A stretch of 28,052 nt of DNA, taken from IMG/VR virus record IMGVR_UViG_3300032281_001290, positions 1-28,052 of that record, one strand, 5' to 3'. This DNA comes from a virus. Lineage: Duplodnaviria > Caudoviricetes. The translations under genes and the position numbers were made by a program. The notes beneath the pieces are model-generated. The model was not told the origin of the DNA. It made no database searches and was given only the letters and a program-made list of their open reading frames with translations. Positions 8,510 through 16,800 of the stretch are shown piece after piece (position 1 is the stretch's first letter; every line of letters begins with the position of its first letter).

Positions 8510-9507
8510 GCTGTTTCTTTCTGTGGATAACTGGCCATCAACCATTCACTGATCGCGCTGGCATTGTCACTGAGTTTAACTAGGTCATACTTGCCACAGA
8601 ACTTCAGGAACTGTGCGCCTACCATAGGTAGATTTTTTGGAACCTGCCCGTTGGCTATTGTTTCTGCTATCTTAACTTTAACCGCATCTGGTTGTGCTGT
8701 TAAATCAACCAGGACACGATTGCGTTCATAGTCATCTAACACGCGATGCTCAACACCATTATGATCTACCCAACGCTGTAACATCATGTTGTTCCAATTA
8801 TAACCTTTGGTAGTACGGTCAGCATAGGCTTCTTCAAGCCCTACTTTGTTCTTACTACCTTTGGTGCGCACGCCTGGAAATGCGGAAAATATGTTGTCTG
8901 TAGGATCACCACGCATACACTTTTCAAAAAGTATAAACTTAGGATCAGGAATCTTCTTAGGCTCTTTGGTCTTTTTATCTAAGACAGGTTTGCCTTTCTT
9001 ATCAAAGATACCTTTTAGTGTATGTAGATCATCACTTATCCCGTTATACTGATTGACATTATCAGCAAGTAGCTGATAGAAGTCAGTGTCGCTACTAACA
9101 ATAGTGTGATGATCATCAGGATGAGCTTGGATGAATCCAGCGATGAGATCATCTGCTTCAAGCTCTGAGTGTTGGAGAACCGTGCAATTAGTTTTTTCAC
9201 TGACGAAAGTTTTAAGTGCATCAAATGTCTCCCAAAATAGTCGATCTTCTTCTTGTTCGCTTTCAGTTAAGGCCGCACGTGCTACGCTACGATTTTTCTT
9301 ATAGGGTTCATAGAAGTCTTTGCGCCAACTGCGTCCTTCTAAACAGAATATAACATGATCAGCACGTTGATCACGCCATGACTTATTAACTGAAGCTAGG
9401 GTTACGTGGATAGCAAAACCCAGCTTGTCCCAAGTGTCACTTTGGCGATGTGCTGAATGTCTTGCTCTGAAGAATGTGTTTGCGGTGTCAACAAGTAAGT
9501 ATCTCAT
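8506..9507 (-). CDS. rnh: 5'-3' exonuclease / T4 RNase H-like flap endonuclease
   Basis: LLVD..N, WRK..Y..YK.NR, EADD, SSDTDFYQL and GDPTDNI motifs. Confidence 0.9.
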   Translation of the reverse strand: MRYLLVDTANTFFRARHSAHRQSDTWDKLGFAIHVTLASVNKSWRDQRADHVIFCLEGRSWRKDFYEPYKKNRSVARAALTESEQEEDRLFWETFDALKTFVSEKTNCTVLQHSELEADDLIAGFIQAHPDDHHTIVSSDTDFYQLLADNVNQYNGISDDLHTLKGIFDKKGKPVLDKKTKEPKKIPDPKFILFEKCMRGDPTDNIFSAFPGVRTKGSKNKVGLEEAYADRTTKGYNWNNMMLQRWVDHNGVEHRVLDDYERNRVLVDLTAQPDAVKVKIAETIANGQVPKNLPMVGAQFLKFCGKYDLVKLSDNASAISEWLMASYPQKETA

Positions 9508-9513
9508 TTAACC

Positions 9514-9542
9514 ATTATACTTTCTATTTTGGTTTTTGTCAA
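9514..9542 (-). promoter_or_regulatory. Perfect-consensus sigma70 promoter, likely leaderless transcript
   Basis: TTGACA (9542-9537), 17 nt spacer, TATAAT (9519-9514); only 6 nt separate it from the ATG at 9507; no SD. Confidence 0.8.
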
Positions 9543-9913
9543 CTAATTTCTGTTCTACCGTTACCTAAATCTCTACGGTTACTTGGCCGATTGCTGGGAT
9601 CTGCTTGCTCTTGTTCATAGTTTTCCATAACTACATTTTGGCAAACTGACCGGAACCAATTGTCTACTATGTCTTGATCTGTTTTACCTTGGTAGCCAGC
9701 ACGGATTAAATTGGCTACAAATTTATCGTTCCAATCTAATTCAAAACTACCTTGCCCTGGATTATCCTTGTCAATTTCCATACTAATTACTTCTACCCAA
9801 GGCTCGCTACGTTCTGTAGCTAACTCTTTAGGGGTCTTTTTGTTTTTTTGTTCTTTGATAACCGCAGGTTCGGGTTTGGTGCCAAACAAATTATTGATCA
9901 ATTTCTTTATCAT
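9539..9913 (-). CDS. Hypothetical phage protein
   Basis: 124-aa ORF (PWV...G.FELDWN..F...L...GY......VD.WF) packed between metK and rnh. Confidence 0.75.
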   Translation of the reverse strand: MIKKLINNLFGTKPEPAVIKEQKNKKTPKELATERSEPWVEVISMEIDKDNPGQGSFELDWNDKFVANLIRAGYQGKTDQDIVDNWFRSVCQNVVMENYEQEQADPSNRPSNRRDLGNGRTEIS

Positions 9914-9914
9914 A

Positions 9915-11021
9915 TTAATCCTTGAATAAATCTAACTTTTCCCATGGTAAGTTTGCTTTACCAAAGTGTCCATAGTTAGTTGTTTCACTATAGATAGGAC
10001 GGAACAACTCAAATCTATTTATGATGCCTGCTGGGGTAAGATCAACATTTTCACGTATCCATTGAGTAATCGTATTATCAAATTCGACGCCCTTGTCTGT
10101 TTTAACAAACAAGCTAGTGGGATCTTTAACACCAATAGCATAACTAATTTGTACAGTGGCTTTGTGTGCGCCCTTACTTGCTACAATATTCTTAGCAAGG
10201 TAACGGGCCATATAAGCCGCACTACGATCTACTTTAGTGGGATCTTTACCACTAAAAGCGCCGCCGCCGTGTGGACTATAGCCACCATAGGTATCAACGA
10301 TAATCTTACGTCCTGTTAAGCCAGTATCACCATCAGGGCCACCAATAACAAAACGTCCGGTTGGATTAATCAAGTATTCTGTATTGACATCAATTAAATT
10401 ATCTGGTAGAACTGTGTCAATGATAGTCTTAACTTGTTCACGTACATCTTCAATGGATATCTCAGCTGAGTGTTGTGTTGAACATACTACCTTAGCAATA
10501 CGACGAACACTGCCATCATCATTATATTCCATGGTTACTTGACTTTTAGCATCTGGACCTAACCATACTGCTCCACTCTTACGCACAGCAGTTAACCGTT
10601 TAACAATCAAATGACTGTAGTAAATAGCACTGGGCATCAAATCTGGAGTTTCTTTGATAGCATACCCAAACATCAGTCCTTGGTCGCCTGCACCAAACGT
10701 ATCAGTGCCAAGAGCAATGTCTGCACTTTGACCATGCATATAATTATGAATCTTGACATTCTCCCAATGGAATCCATCTTGCTCGTAACCAATGTCACGG
10801 ATCACACGGCGCACGGCATTTTCAACTTCTAAGTGATTGTAGATACCTTTGTACTCACCTGCTAAGATGACTTGATTGGTAGTAACTAAGGTTTCACATG
10901 CACAACGATAAGCAGAATTCTGCTCACGCATCATCAGATCTAATACCGCATCTGATATAGCGTCTGCTACCTTATCTGGATGGCCTTCACTAACGCTTTC
11001 ACTTGTAAACAAATAACTCAT
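9915..11021 (-). CDS. metK: S-adenosylmethionine synthetase
   Basis: FTSESVSEGHPDK, GAGDQG, GGGAFSGKD.TKVDRS and YGHFG signatures. Confidence 0.98.
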   Translation of the reverse strand: MSYLFTSESVSEGHPDKVADAISDAVLDLMMREQNSAYRCACETLVTTNQVILAGEYKGIYNHLEVENAVRRVIRDIGYEQDGFHWENVKIHNYMHGQSADIALGTDTFGAGDQGLMFGYAIKETPDLMPSAIYYSHLIVKRLTAVRKSGAVWLGPDAKSQVTMEYNDDGSVRRIAKVVCSTQHSAEISIEDVREQVKTIIDTVLPDNLIDVNTEYLINPTGRFVIGGPDGDTGLTGRKIIVDTYGGYSPHGGGAFSGKDPTKVDRSAAYMARYLAKNIVASKGAHKATVQISYAIGVKDPTSLFVKTDKGVEFDNTITQWIRENVDLTPAGIINRFELFRPIYSETTNYGHFGKANLPWEKLDLFKD

Positions 11022-11030
11022 TATTTTTCC

Positions 11031-11384
11031 TTATTTAATAATATGTTGCGAGATAACCATCAGGCTCAACCATGTCCACATGGTATTAAATCCTACCAGA
11101 GTAGGCAGTAACTTTTTGTTACTGGCCCAGATTAATGCCATACTTGTTGTTAATGTAAAAAAATATAACCACCAAAGTTGTATCCCAAAAATTAACCCAG
11201 GAATGATGATAATAGCTTTAGCCGCCCAACTGGCTGCTTCTACAGTATTGTAATTAGTCCAATACTCTCGGGTGAACCACATACTATAACAATTTTTAAT
11301 TTTATCCCAACCTGAATGAGTATAACAGACAGCTATTAAAACAGCCCAAGTGATACAAGCAAATAAAATTTGATTTAAAGTCAT
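11031..11384 (-). CDS. Hypothetical multi-pass membrane protein
   Basis: About four hydrophobic segments; ATGA overlap with the upstream gene. Confidence 0.7.
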   Translation of the reverse strand: MTLNQILFACITWAVLIAVCYTHSGWDKIKNCYSMWFTREYWTNYNTVEAASWAAKAIIIIPGLIFGIQLWWLYFFTLTTSMALIWASNKKLLPTLVGFNTMWTWLSLMVISQHIIK

Positions 11385-11932
11385 TTTGAAACTCCTAATT
11401 TATCTATAATAACAGCACCTAATAGGATGCCAACGACATATTCAAAGTGCAATAATAAACTACTTACAGCTAAATCAAAAGATCCGTTGCTGATCCAATA
11501 GCCTGTCATTATGCAGGCTGGAAGCAAGCTGGATAATCCTGCACTCATTACAATTATATTGATCCTTATGACATGATTCCAAAAATAAGCCAATGCGCCA
11601 CCTAATCCAACTGCTAATAAAAAGTCAGTGACTGTTGGCGTAAAATTTTTAGTTAGCGATTCAGATATTTGATGGTGTGCAAAAGAAAAATATACAAATC
11701 CTAATAATATTAGGAATACTGTGTAATAGGTTATATTTAAAATTTGCTTGCGATTGTTTGACATAGCACAGCTGGCTACTGCAAATGGGAATCCAACCTT
11801 ACCAGCAAATACCAAAAGAATGGTAGTATTAACGAACCCCCAGACACAGGCCATTCCGCAGACAAATAGCAATAGTATTCTTGCAGAGAGTGAAATATCA
11901 TCTAATACATTAAATTTCATTACTTGTTCCAA
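11381..11932 (-). CDS. Membrane protein, DUF389-like
   Basis: Several TM helices; PTVTDFLLAV..GGA and SLLPAC..G resemble DUF389 motifs. True start may be ATG 11920. Confidence 0.55.
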   Translation of the reverse strand: MEQVMKFNVLDDISLSARILLLFVCGMACVWGFVNTTILLVFAGKVGFPFAVASCAMSNNRKQILNITYYTVFLILLGFVYFSFAHHQISESLTKNFTPTVTDFLLAVGLGGALAYFWNHVIRINIIVMSAGLSSLLPACIMTGYWISNGSFDLAVSSLLLHFEYVVGILLGAVIIDKLGVSK

Positions 11933-11967
11933 CTGTTACCCCATAAATCTACATAATCTAAAAACAT

Positions 11968-12852
11968 TTAAAATCTAACAGGATATCGATCAGGCCACTT
12001 GCCAATGTCTAACCCCTGTTGTAATCTACTATCTATTTCTTTAACCCAATCTCTTGTTGATTTAGATATAATAAAATCTTGTAATTGTGAATCTATGTAT
12101 TCTAAATATTCCAGTGGTGTTGGATGCATGTCAATCCTTTTTGATTCGTGGAGCCTGTCAATTAAATTATATTGCTCTATTTCTTCTAAGACACTTTGTT
12201 TAAGATTAGAAAAAATTTTCTTAACAAAAATTTCATAACTGGGCCAATCTGTACCGGATAATTCTTTATATTTTTCCTTTAACCCTTGTGGACAAAATTC
12301 TCGACTCCACCAATCAAATTTAAATATAACTTCATATACACTGGGTCTAATAAAGTCTACAGTTTCCTTGTATAATTCAAGTATGTCATCAACATTATCT
12401 GCTGGAAGTAATTTATGATCGTGAACATTGGTAAATGGTACCATAGATAGAAAAACGTGTTTGGCTCCTATTTGCTCTAACATTTTTTTAGCTGAATGAA
12501 CAAAAGACAAATCTCTAATTAAATAGCCTCGATTATCTGTACAATTAGCTACAAAGTAATCATCATAAAATCCATTTGCTTGATTATAGATGTTGCCTTC
12601 AGCAATCCATTGACCTTTAATATAGCGATCTTCTCGGACTATACTGGTCCACATGATAATTACTGTATCATCTTTAGATATGTTATTACGTAGTATACAT
12701 TCATTGAGAGAACTAAAAATAAATTGATTGCCGCAGCCAGCCATGCCCCAATTTTCAAAATAATCAAACTCTTTCCCCAGGATATTAGCCCAAGTGGGCC
12801 AAATATAATTAGTAAAGCTACAACCAAAAACAAACAACCTTTTTTTGGCCAT
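11968..12852 (-). CDS. SGNH/GDSL-like protein, paralog B
   Basis: FGCSFT, WPTWA, NWGMAGCGNQFIF and DMHP; start 12852 gives a TAATG overlap with the queE stop. Confidence 0.55.
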   Translation of the reverse strand: MAKKRLFVFGCSFTNYIWPTWANILGKEFDYFENWGMAGCGNQFIFSSLNECILRNNISKDDTVIIMWTSIVREDRYIKGQWIAEGNIYNQANGFYDDYFVANCTDNRGYLIRDLSFVHSAKKMLEQIGAKHVFLSMVPFTNVHDHKLLPADNVDDILELYKETVDFIRPSVYEVIFKFDWWSREFCPQGLKEKYKELSGTDWPSYEIFVKKIFSNLKQSVLEEIEQYNLIDRLHESKRIDMHPTPLEYLEYIDSQLQDFIISKSTRDWVKEIDSRLQQGLDIGKWPDRYPVRF

Positions 12853-13706
12853 TACTTGCCCCAACTGTTGCCCCAAAGGTCAACATGTAATCTTGGGCTA
12901 TAATAATAACCACGACGCATAGCTTCATCAGCTACATTAAATTTGTTACCATCGTAGACTTTAACCACACCGCCTACCGGCATGATGTAAACAACACCCT
13001 TGAACTTGGCCTTGCGATATTCTGCTACAGCACGATCTACCTCATCAAAGTCACTGGGTTTCTCAACTACAAACTTAAGATAAGTTGTGCCAACACGTTC
13101 ATAACTCTTAACGATCTCTGGTTTAACTGCATCAGTCCATGCTTCACCAGACGCACTTAGTTTAGCACTGACTGAGAATGTAATTTCTCTACTACCACGA
13201 TTCCACATTTTAAGATATGTAGCAAAGTCTTCATGTAGTTCCTGTGTGCCATTGGTTTCAAACGTTAGATTCTTTAGGTTATACATATCTTTATGTGACA
13301 ACAATTCTGGATAAGCACGTTGCCAACCCAATAATGGTTCACCGCCAGTGATTACCAAATGTGTATCATTTCCGTTAGGCATGATCCAAGAATTGCTTGG
13401 TACCAGTTCCAACATACGTTGGACCACAGCATCAATTTCTAATAATGGACTAAAGTTCTTAAAACGTGGATCCCAGCTTGCATAACTATCACAGCCTGTG
13501 TTGACTAAAGGTAATTCTTCATAGATACGATATTGTGCCGGATCAATAAATTCACGCTCAGTACTCATCTGTTTGCGATCTGGCATACCAAACCCACCAC
13601 AGGTAAAGTTACACCCAAATGTTCTTAAAAAGACTGAAGGTACCCCGATGAAGCGTCCTTCACCTTGCGCTGAATAAAAGATTTCACTGACTTTAAGTTT
13701 ACTCAT
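12852..13706 (-). CDS. queE: 7-carboxy-7-deazaguanine synthase (radical SAM), atypical CX3CX35C
   Basis: EIFYSAQGEG, VFLRTFGCNFTC...GCDS, ITGGEPLL, FETNGT, S.KLS.SG, LKFVV and SPRLHVDLWG. Confidence 0.92.
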   Translation of the reverse strand: MSKLKVSEIFYSAQGEGRFIGVPSVFLRTFGCNFTCGGFGMPDRKQMSTEREFIDPAQYRIYEELPLVNTGCDSYASWDPRFKNFSPLLEIDAVVQRMLELVPSNSWIMPNGNDTHLVITGGEPLLGWQRAYPELLSHKDMYNLKNLTFETNGTQELHEDFATYLKMWNRGSREITFSVSAKLSASGEAWTDAVKPEIVKSYERVGTTYLKFVVEKPSDFDEVDRAVAEYRKAKFKGVVYIMPVGGVVKVYDGNKFNVADEAMRRGYYYSPRLHVDLWGNSWGK

Positions 13707-13942
13707 CTAATCAATCCATATACGTAAATGAAAAATATTATGGCATTCAATGACCATAATTCTGGTTTCTTCCATACAATACCAGTTGCTACCCAAAACA
13801 AACAGGCAAATGCTAAGATAATGATATTAAGTGGATATATATCAAGACTGGTGAATATAACACCGACAACGGTAATGATATTAGCCAACCATCCTATTAG
13901 TTTACTATTATTTTTGAAAAATTGCAAGATTATCTTTCCCAT
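13703..13942 (-). CDS. Small 3-TM membrane protein (DUF6552/PnuC-half-like)
   Basis: W.A.......G...TS.DIYP.N.......W...G..WK......N pattern; ATGA-coupled to queE; start moved to ATG 13942. Confidence 0.55.
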   Translation of the reverse strand: MGKIILQFFKNNSKLIGWLANIITVVGVIFTSLDIYPLNIIILAFACLFWVATGIVWKKPELWSLNAIIFFIYVYGLIR

Positions 13943-14475
13943 GGATAAACAATCCAAACATCTTCTTCAGCTTTGTTTATTTCTACAGCACTGTAGTTAA
14001 CCTTACGGCTAAACTCGCTGCTCAGATTATCAAATAGCACAGCAAAACGAACATTATTCCCCCATACATCTGCCCAGGCTGGATCATTAGGTAAATTACC
14101 TGCTTGCCAATCTTCAATGATCCAATCTAAGGTAGCACCAGTGTCGTTAATATCATCTAAAATCAGTATGTTTTTACGTAGCGCAGGATCACTTGTTGTC
14201 TCACCTTTAGGTCTTGGGACTGCACTGGCATCTACGTAGCCAAAAGCATCTTCTGCCATCCAACCATTGCTTTCACCCCCTGTGCCATCACGTAGAGCTA
14301 CCTTTAATGTTTCCATAGGAATATCTAACATATGGCTCATATATACCGCGGGAATCAATCCACCACGTGTAAGTCCTACAATGTAGTCAGGACGCCAATT
14401 GTCCTTGTACATTTTAAAACTGATCTGATTTACATATTCTCTAATATCTAAATCGCTGACATATAATTTTTTCAT
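13930..14475 (-). CDS. Type I phosphoribosyltransferase (Gpt/Hpt-like)
   Basis: IVGLTRGGLIPA, PRPP loop ILDDINDTGAT and C-terminal WIVYPWE typical of xanthine-guanine PRTases. Confidence 0.9.
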   Translation of the reverse strand: MKKLYVSDLDIREYVNQISFKMYKDNWRPDYIVGLTRGGLIPAVYMSHMLDIPMETLKVALRDGTGGESNGWMAEDAFGYVDASAVPRPKGETTSDPALRKNILILDDINDTGATLDWIIEDWQAGNLPNDPAWADVWGNNVRFAVLFDNLSSEFSRKVNYSAVEINKAEEDVWIVYPWER

Positions 14476-14503
14476 AAATGTACTTCCTTGTCAATTATAA
14501 TAA

Positions 14504-15385
14504 TTATGATTTCTCTACCTCAAGATAATAAAAGTCTGGCAGCTCGTTCTCAAAATAACAATCTTTTAATTTTAATCCAGCTTGTTCAATCATAGATTTA
14601 AACATATTGGGGCCCGATGCATATGACTGTTCTTGTAACAAAATTACAGCATTATCATTTAGATGTGGTGCTATATGATTAAAAAATTCTCGATGTAAAT
14701 TCCAACCTTGATCGAGGCATATTCTATCATTGTGTGAAATAGTAGTAATAAAGGTACCTAAGTTAGCATTCCAATGCGGTGGGTTTGACACAACTAAATC
14801 AAATTTCCAATCAGCTGGTAAATCTGCGATACCTTTAATGTGTGCGTTACATACTTTATTTTGATATTTTGCAGGTAAATTCATTATAGTTTTATCAATA
14901 GCAGTCAACGCAGGTTGGTAAATGTCGGCTAAAAATAGATTATCACAGATATTCTCAGACAATAATTCAAATCCAATAAATCCAGGACCTGAACACCATT
15001 CAAAGCAATTTTTAAAAATTCTATTACCGTATATTTCTTTGATTACGTAGGGGTATCTTCTTCCAAATGTTGTTCCGCCGCCATCAAGAAGTGGATTATA
15101 AAAAATGTTAATGTCATTGATGGTTAATTCAAAATTAGTATTTAATAAAGGGTTTTCTTGATAATACTGATCATTTTCTATTTTTATAGAATTTAAATTA
15201 GATAGCTTTTGAAGATTATGTACATCCAGATCCAGCGTGTTGGATTTTAAAAACCTAAAAATAATCTCTTTTAATATATTTCTGGGCAAATTTTGAATAT
15301 CATCTTCGGTTAAAACTATTGGCCAGTCTCTTCCTTTAATTGCCTCGTAAAATTCTAACCATTGCTTATTTAATCTGTCAGACAT
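14504..15385 (-). CDS. Class I SAM-dependent methyltransferase (NPPH type) with N-terminal DWP module
   Basis: Motif I EWCSGPGFIG; FDLVVSNPPH resembles the PrmC/amino-MTase motif IV. Confidence 0.8.
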   Translation of the reverse strand: MSDRLNKQWLEFYEAIKGRDWPIVLTEDDIQNLPRNILKEIIFRFLKSNTLDLDVHNLQKLSNLNSIKIENDQYYQENPLLNTNFELTINDINIFYNPLLDGGGTTFGRRYPYVIKEIYGNRIFKNCFEWCSGPGFIGFELLSENICDNLFLADIYQPALTAIDKTIMNLPAKYQNKVCNAHIKGIADLPADWKFDLVVSNPPHWNANLGTFITTISHNDRICLDQGWNLHREFFNHIAPHLNDNAVILLQEQSYASGPNMFKSMIEQAGLKLKDCYFENELPDFYYLEVEKS

Positions 15386-15390
15386 AATTT

Positions 15391-15699
15391 TTATCGCATC
15401 AACTCCATGGTTAAGATCTTAGCGATACTATCTGTTTTATGTTCATCATCGTCATGTATGATATGCATGTTAGTGGTCCATTCATTGCGTGATTTATCCC
15501 AGCGTCCTACTTCAAGGATGACACCACCTGTGGCGTTGTAGATACGAAAATTAGTTTCTGGATTACGCTCAAAGAAGTTTGGTGCATCATTGCGACTTCT
15601 GACAGATATAATGGTATCTCTTTGATCATCAACATCTCCCCAATCATCAAAGCGTTCTACACCCAACCAACTACAGATTTTCTTTTTAATCCAGCGCAT
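15391..15699 (-). CDS. Hypothetical phage protein
   Basis: 102-aa ORF with AAGGA SD. Confidence 0.7.
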   Translation of the reverse strand: MRWIKKKICSWLGVERFDDWGDVDDQRDTIISVRSRNDAPNFFERNPETNFRIYNATGGVILEVGRWDKSRNEWTTNMHIIHDDDEHKTDSIAKILTMELMR

Positions 15700-15702
15700 A
15701 GT

Positions 15703-16035
15703 TTATCCTTTGTATGCTTTAATGCTAACAATTTTACCTACTTCATTGAAAGTGATAATGTCAACAACACGTAAATGTACTGCTCCGCTGACTACTATGC
15801 TTAATTCTGCGGCTATGGTATTGCCATCTTGATATAAGTGCAACGGCAAGACATGGATATATTCGACGCTGTCGAATATCTTTTTGTTAGCGGCTAATAC
15901 TTCATCAATACCTGCGGCACTGATTTCCCAATCGCGTAAGGTAACATCACCAGTGAACATTACACCAAGTCCATCTAAATCCTTGCGTGAGAATGTTTCA
16001 AAATATTCTGTTGCTATAGATTTTAAATCAATCAT
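15703..16035 (-). CDS. SnoaL/NTF2-like protein
   Basis: YFETFSRKDLD....F..DV...DW....G and VDIITFNE.GKI..I.AY, typical of SnoaL-like folds; ATGA-coupled to folE. Confidence 0.8.
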   Translation of the reverse strand: MIDLKSIATEYFETFSRKDLDGLGVMFTGDVTLRDWEISAAGIDEVLAANKKIFDSVEYIHVLPLHLYQDGNTIAAELSIVVSGAVHLRVVDIITFNEVGKIVSIKAYKG

Positions 16036-16727
16036 CTTGGCGCAAACTCCTGTTGTAGTTTGATGTTGTCAAAGAATTCTTTTTTAGTGTTGCCATCTTC
16101 TTTAAACGCACCTTTTAATACCGTAGTTTGAGTTAAACTACTATGTGCCATGATACCGCGATTTTCACAGCAACCATGTGTAGCTTGAATGTATACAGCA
16201 ACGTTTTCACTGCCAGTTGCTTTCATTATTTCTCTTGCGATGTCATTAGCAAGTTCTTCTTGTAGCGTACCACGACGAGCACACCATTGAGCAATACGAG
16301 TATACTTGCTAAGGCCAATAAGTTTTTGTGCGGCAATAATCCCAATATAGGCAACACCAGCGACAGGCTGATGATGATGACTACACATACTGCGAAGCTC
16401 ACTTCTAACCACGAGCATACCTTCATAACGGTCCTCCGAATCATTTGGAAAAGCTGTTGCATCTGGTGCTGGATCATAACGACCTGCCATGATCTCATAC
16501 AGATACATTTTTGCCAATCTGCGTGCTGTACCTTGGCTATTTGGATCACTGTGCCTATCAATTAATAAACTATCTAACACACCTTCAAATTTACCTGTTA
16601 GTTCGTCGATCAATTCAGCACGTTCGCTGTCTAAGATATGCTCTGAGATATTGTCACCAGCCCAATATCTGGTATTACTTGCTTGAATGCGTTCGAGAAT
16701 TCGTTCGCTAATTGTTTTATCACTCAA
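16032..16727 (-). CDS. folE: GTP cyclohydrolase I
   Basis: T.RRLAKMY, SMCSHHH, IGLSK..R, LQE and HGC...RG; TTG start with GGAG SD. Confidence 0.95.
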   Translation of the reverse strand: MSDKTISERILERIQASNTRYWAGDNISEHILDSERAELIDELTGKFEGVLDSLLIDRHSDPNSQGTARRLAKMYLYEIMAGRYDPAPDATAFPNDSEDRYEGMLVVRSELRSMCSHHHQPVAGVAYIGIIAAQKLIGLSKYTRIAQWCARRGTLQEELANDIAREIMKATGSENVAVYIQATHGCCENRGIMAHSSLTQTTVLKGAFKEDGNTKKEFFDNIKLQQEFAPR

Positions 16728-16770
16728 TTTAAGTCTCCGATGTTAAGGCAGAGGATTGCCATATTGTTAT

Positions 16771-16799
16771 AGTATATAGGTTTATTTAGGTCGTGTCAA
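16771..16799 (-). promoter_or_regulatory. Sigma70-type promoter with embedded CTAAATAAA
   Basis: TTGACA (16799-16794), 17 nt spacer, TATACT (16776-16771), upstream of folE. Confidence 0.8.
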
Positions 16800-16800
16800 A

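Noticed and set aside
14486-14525. Possible promoter upstream of the PRTase (TATAAT, with a TTGACA downstream of it)
   Set aside because: The boxes are in the wrong order, and the only upstream -35 candidate (TTGAGG, 18-nt spacer) is weak.
14504-15385. DNA adenine methyltransferase call from NPPH
   Set aside because: The motif is shared with protein and small-molecule N-methyltransferases and no target-recognition domain is evident; substrate left unassigned.
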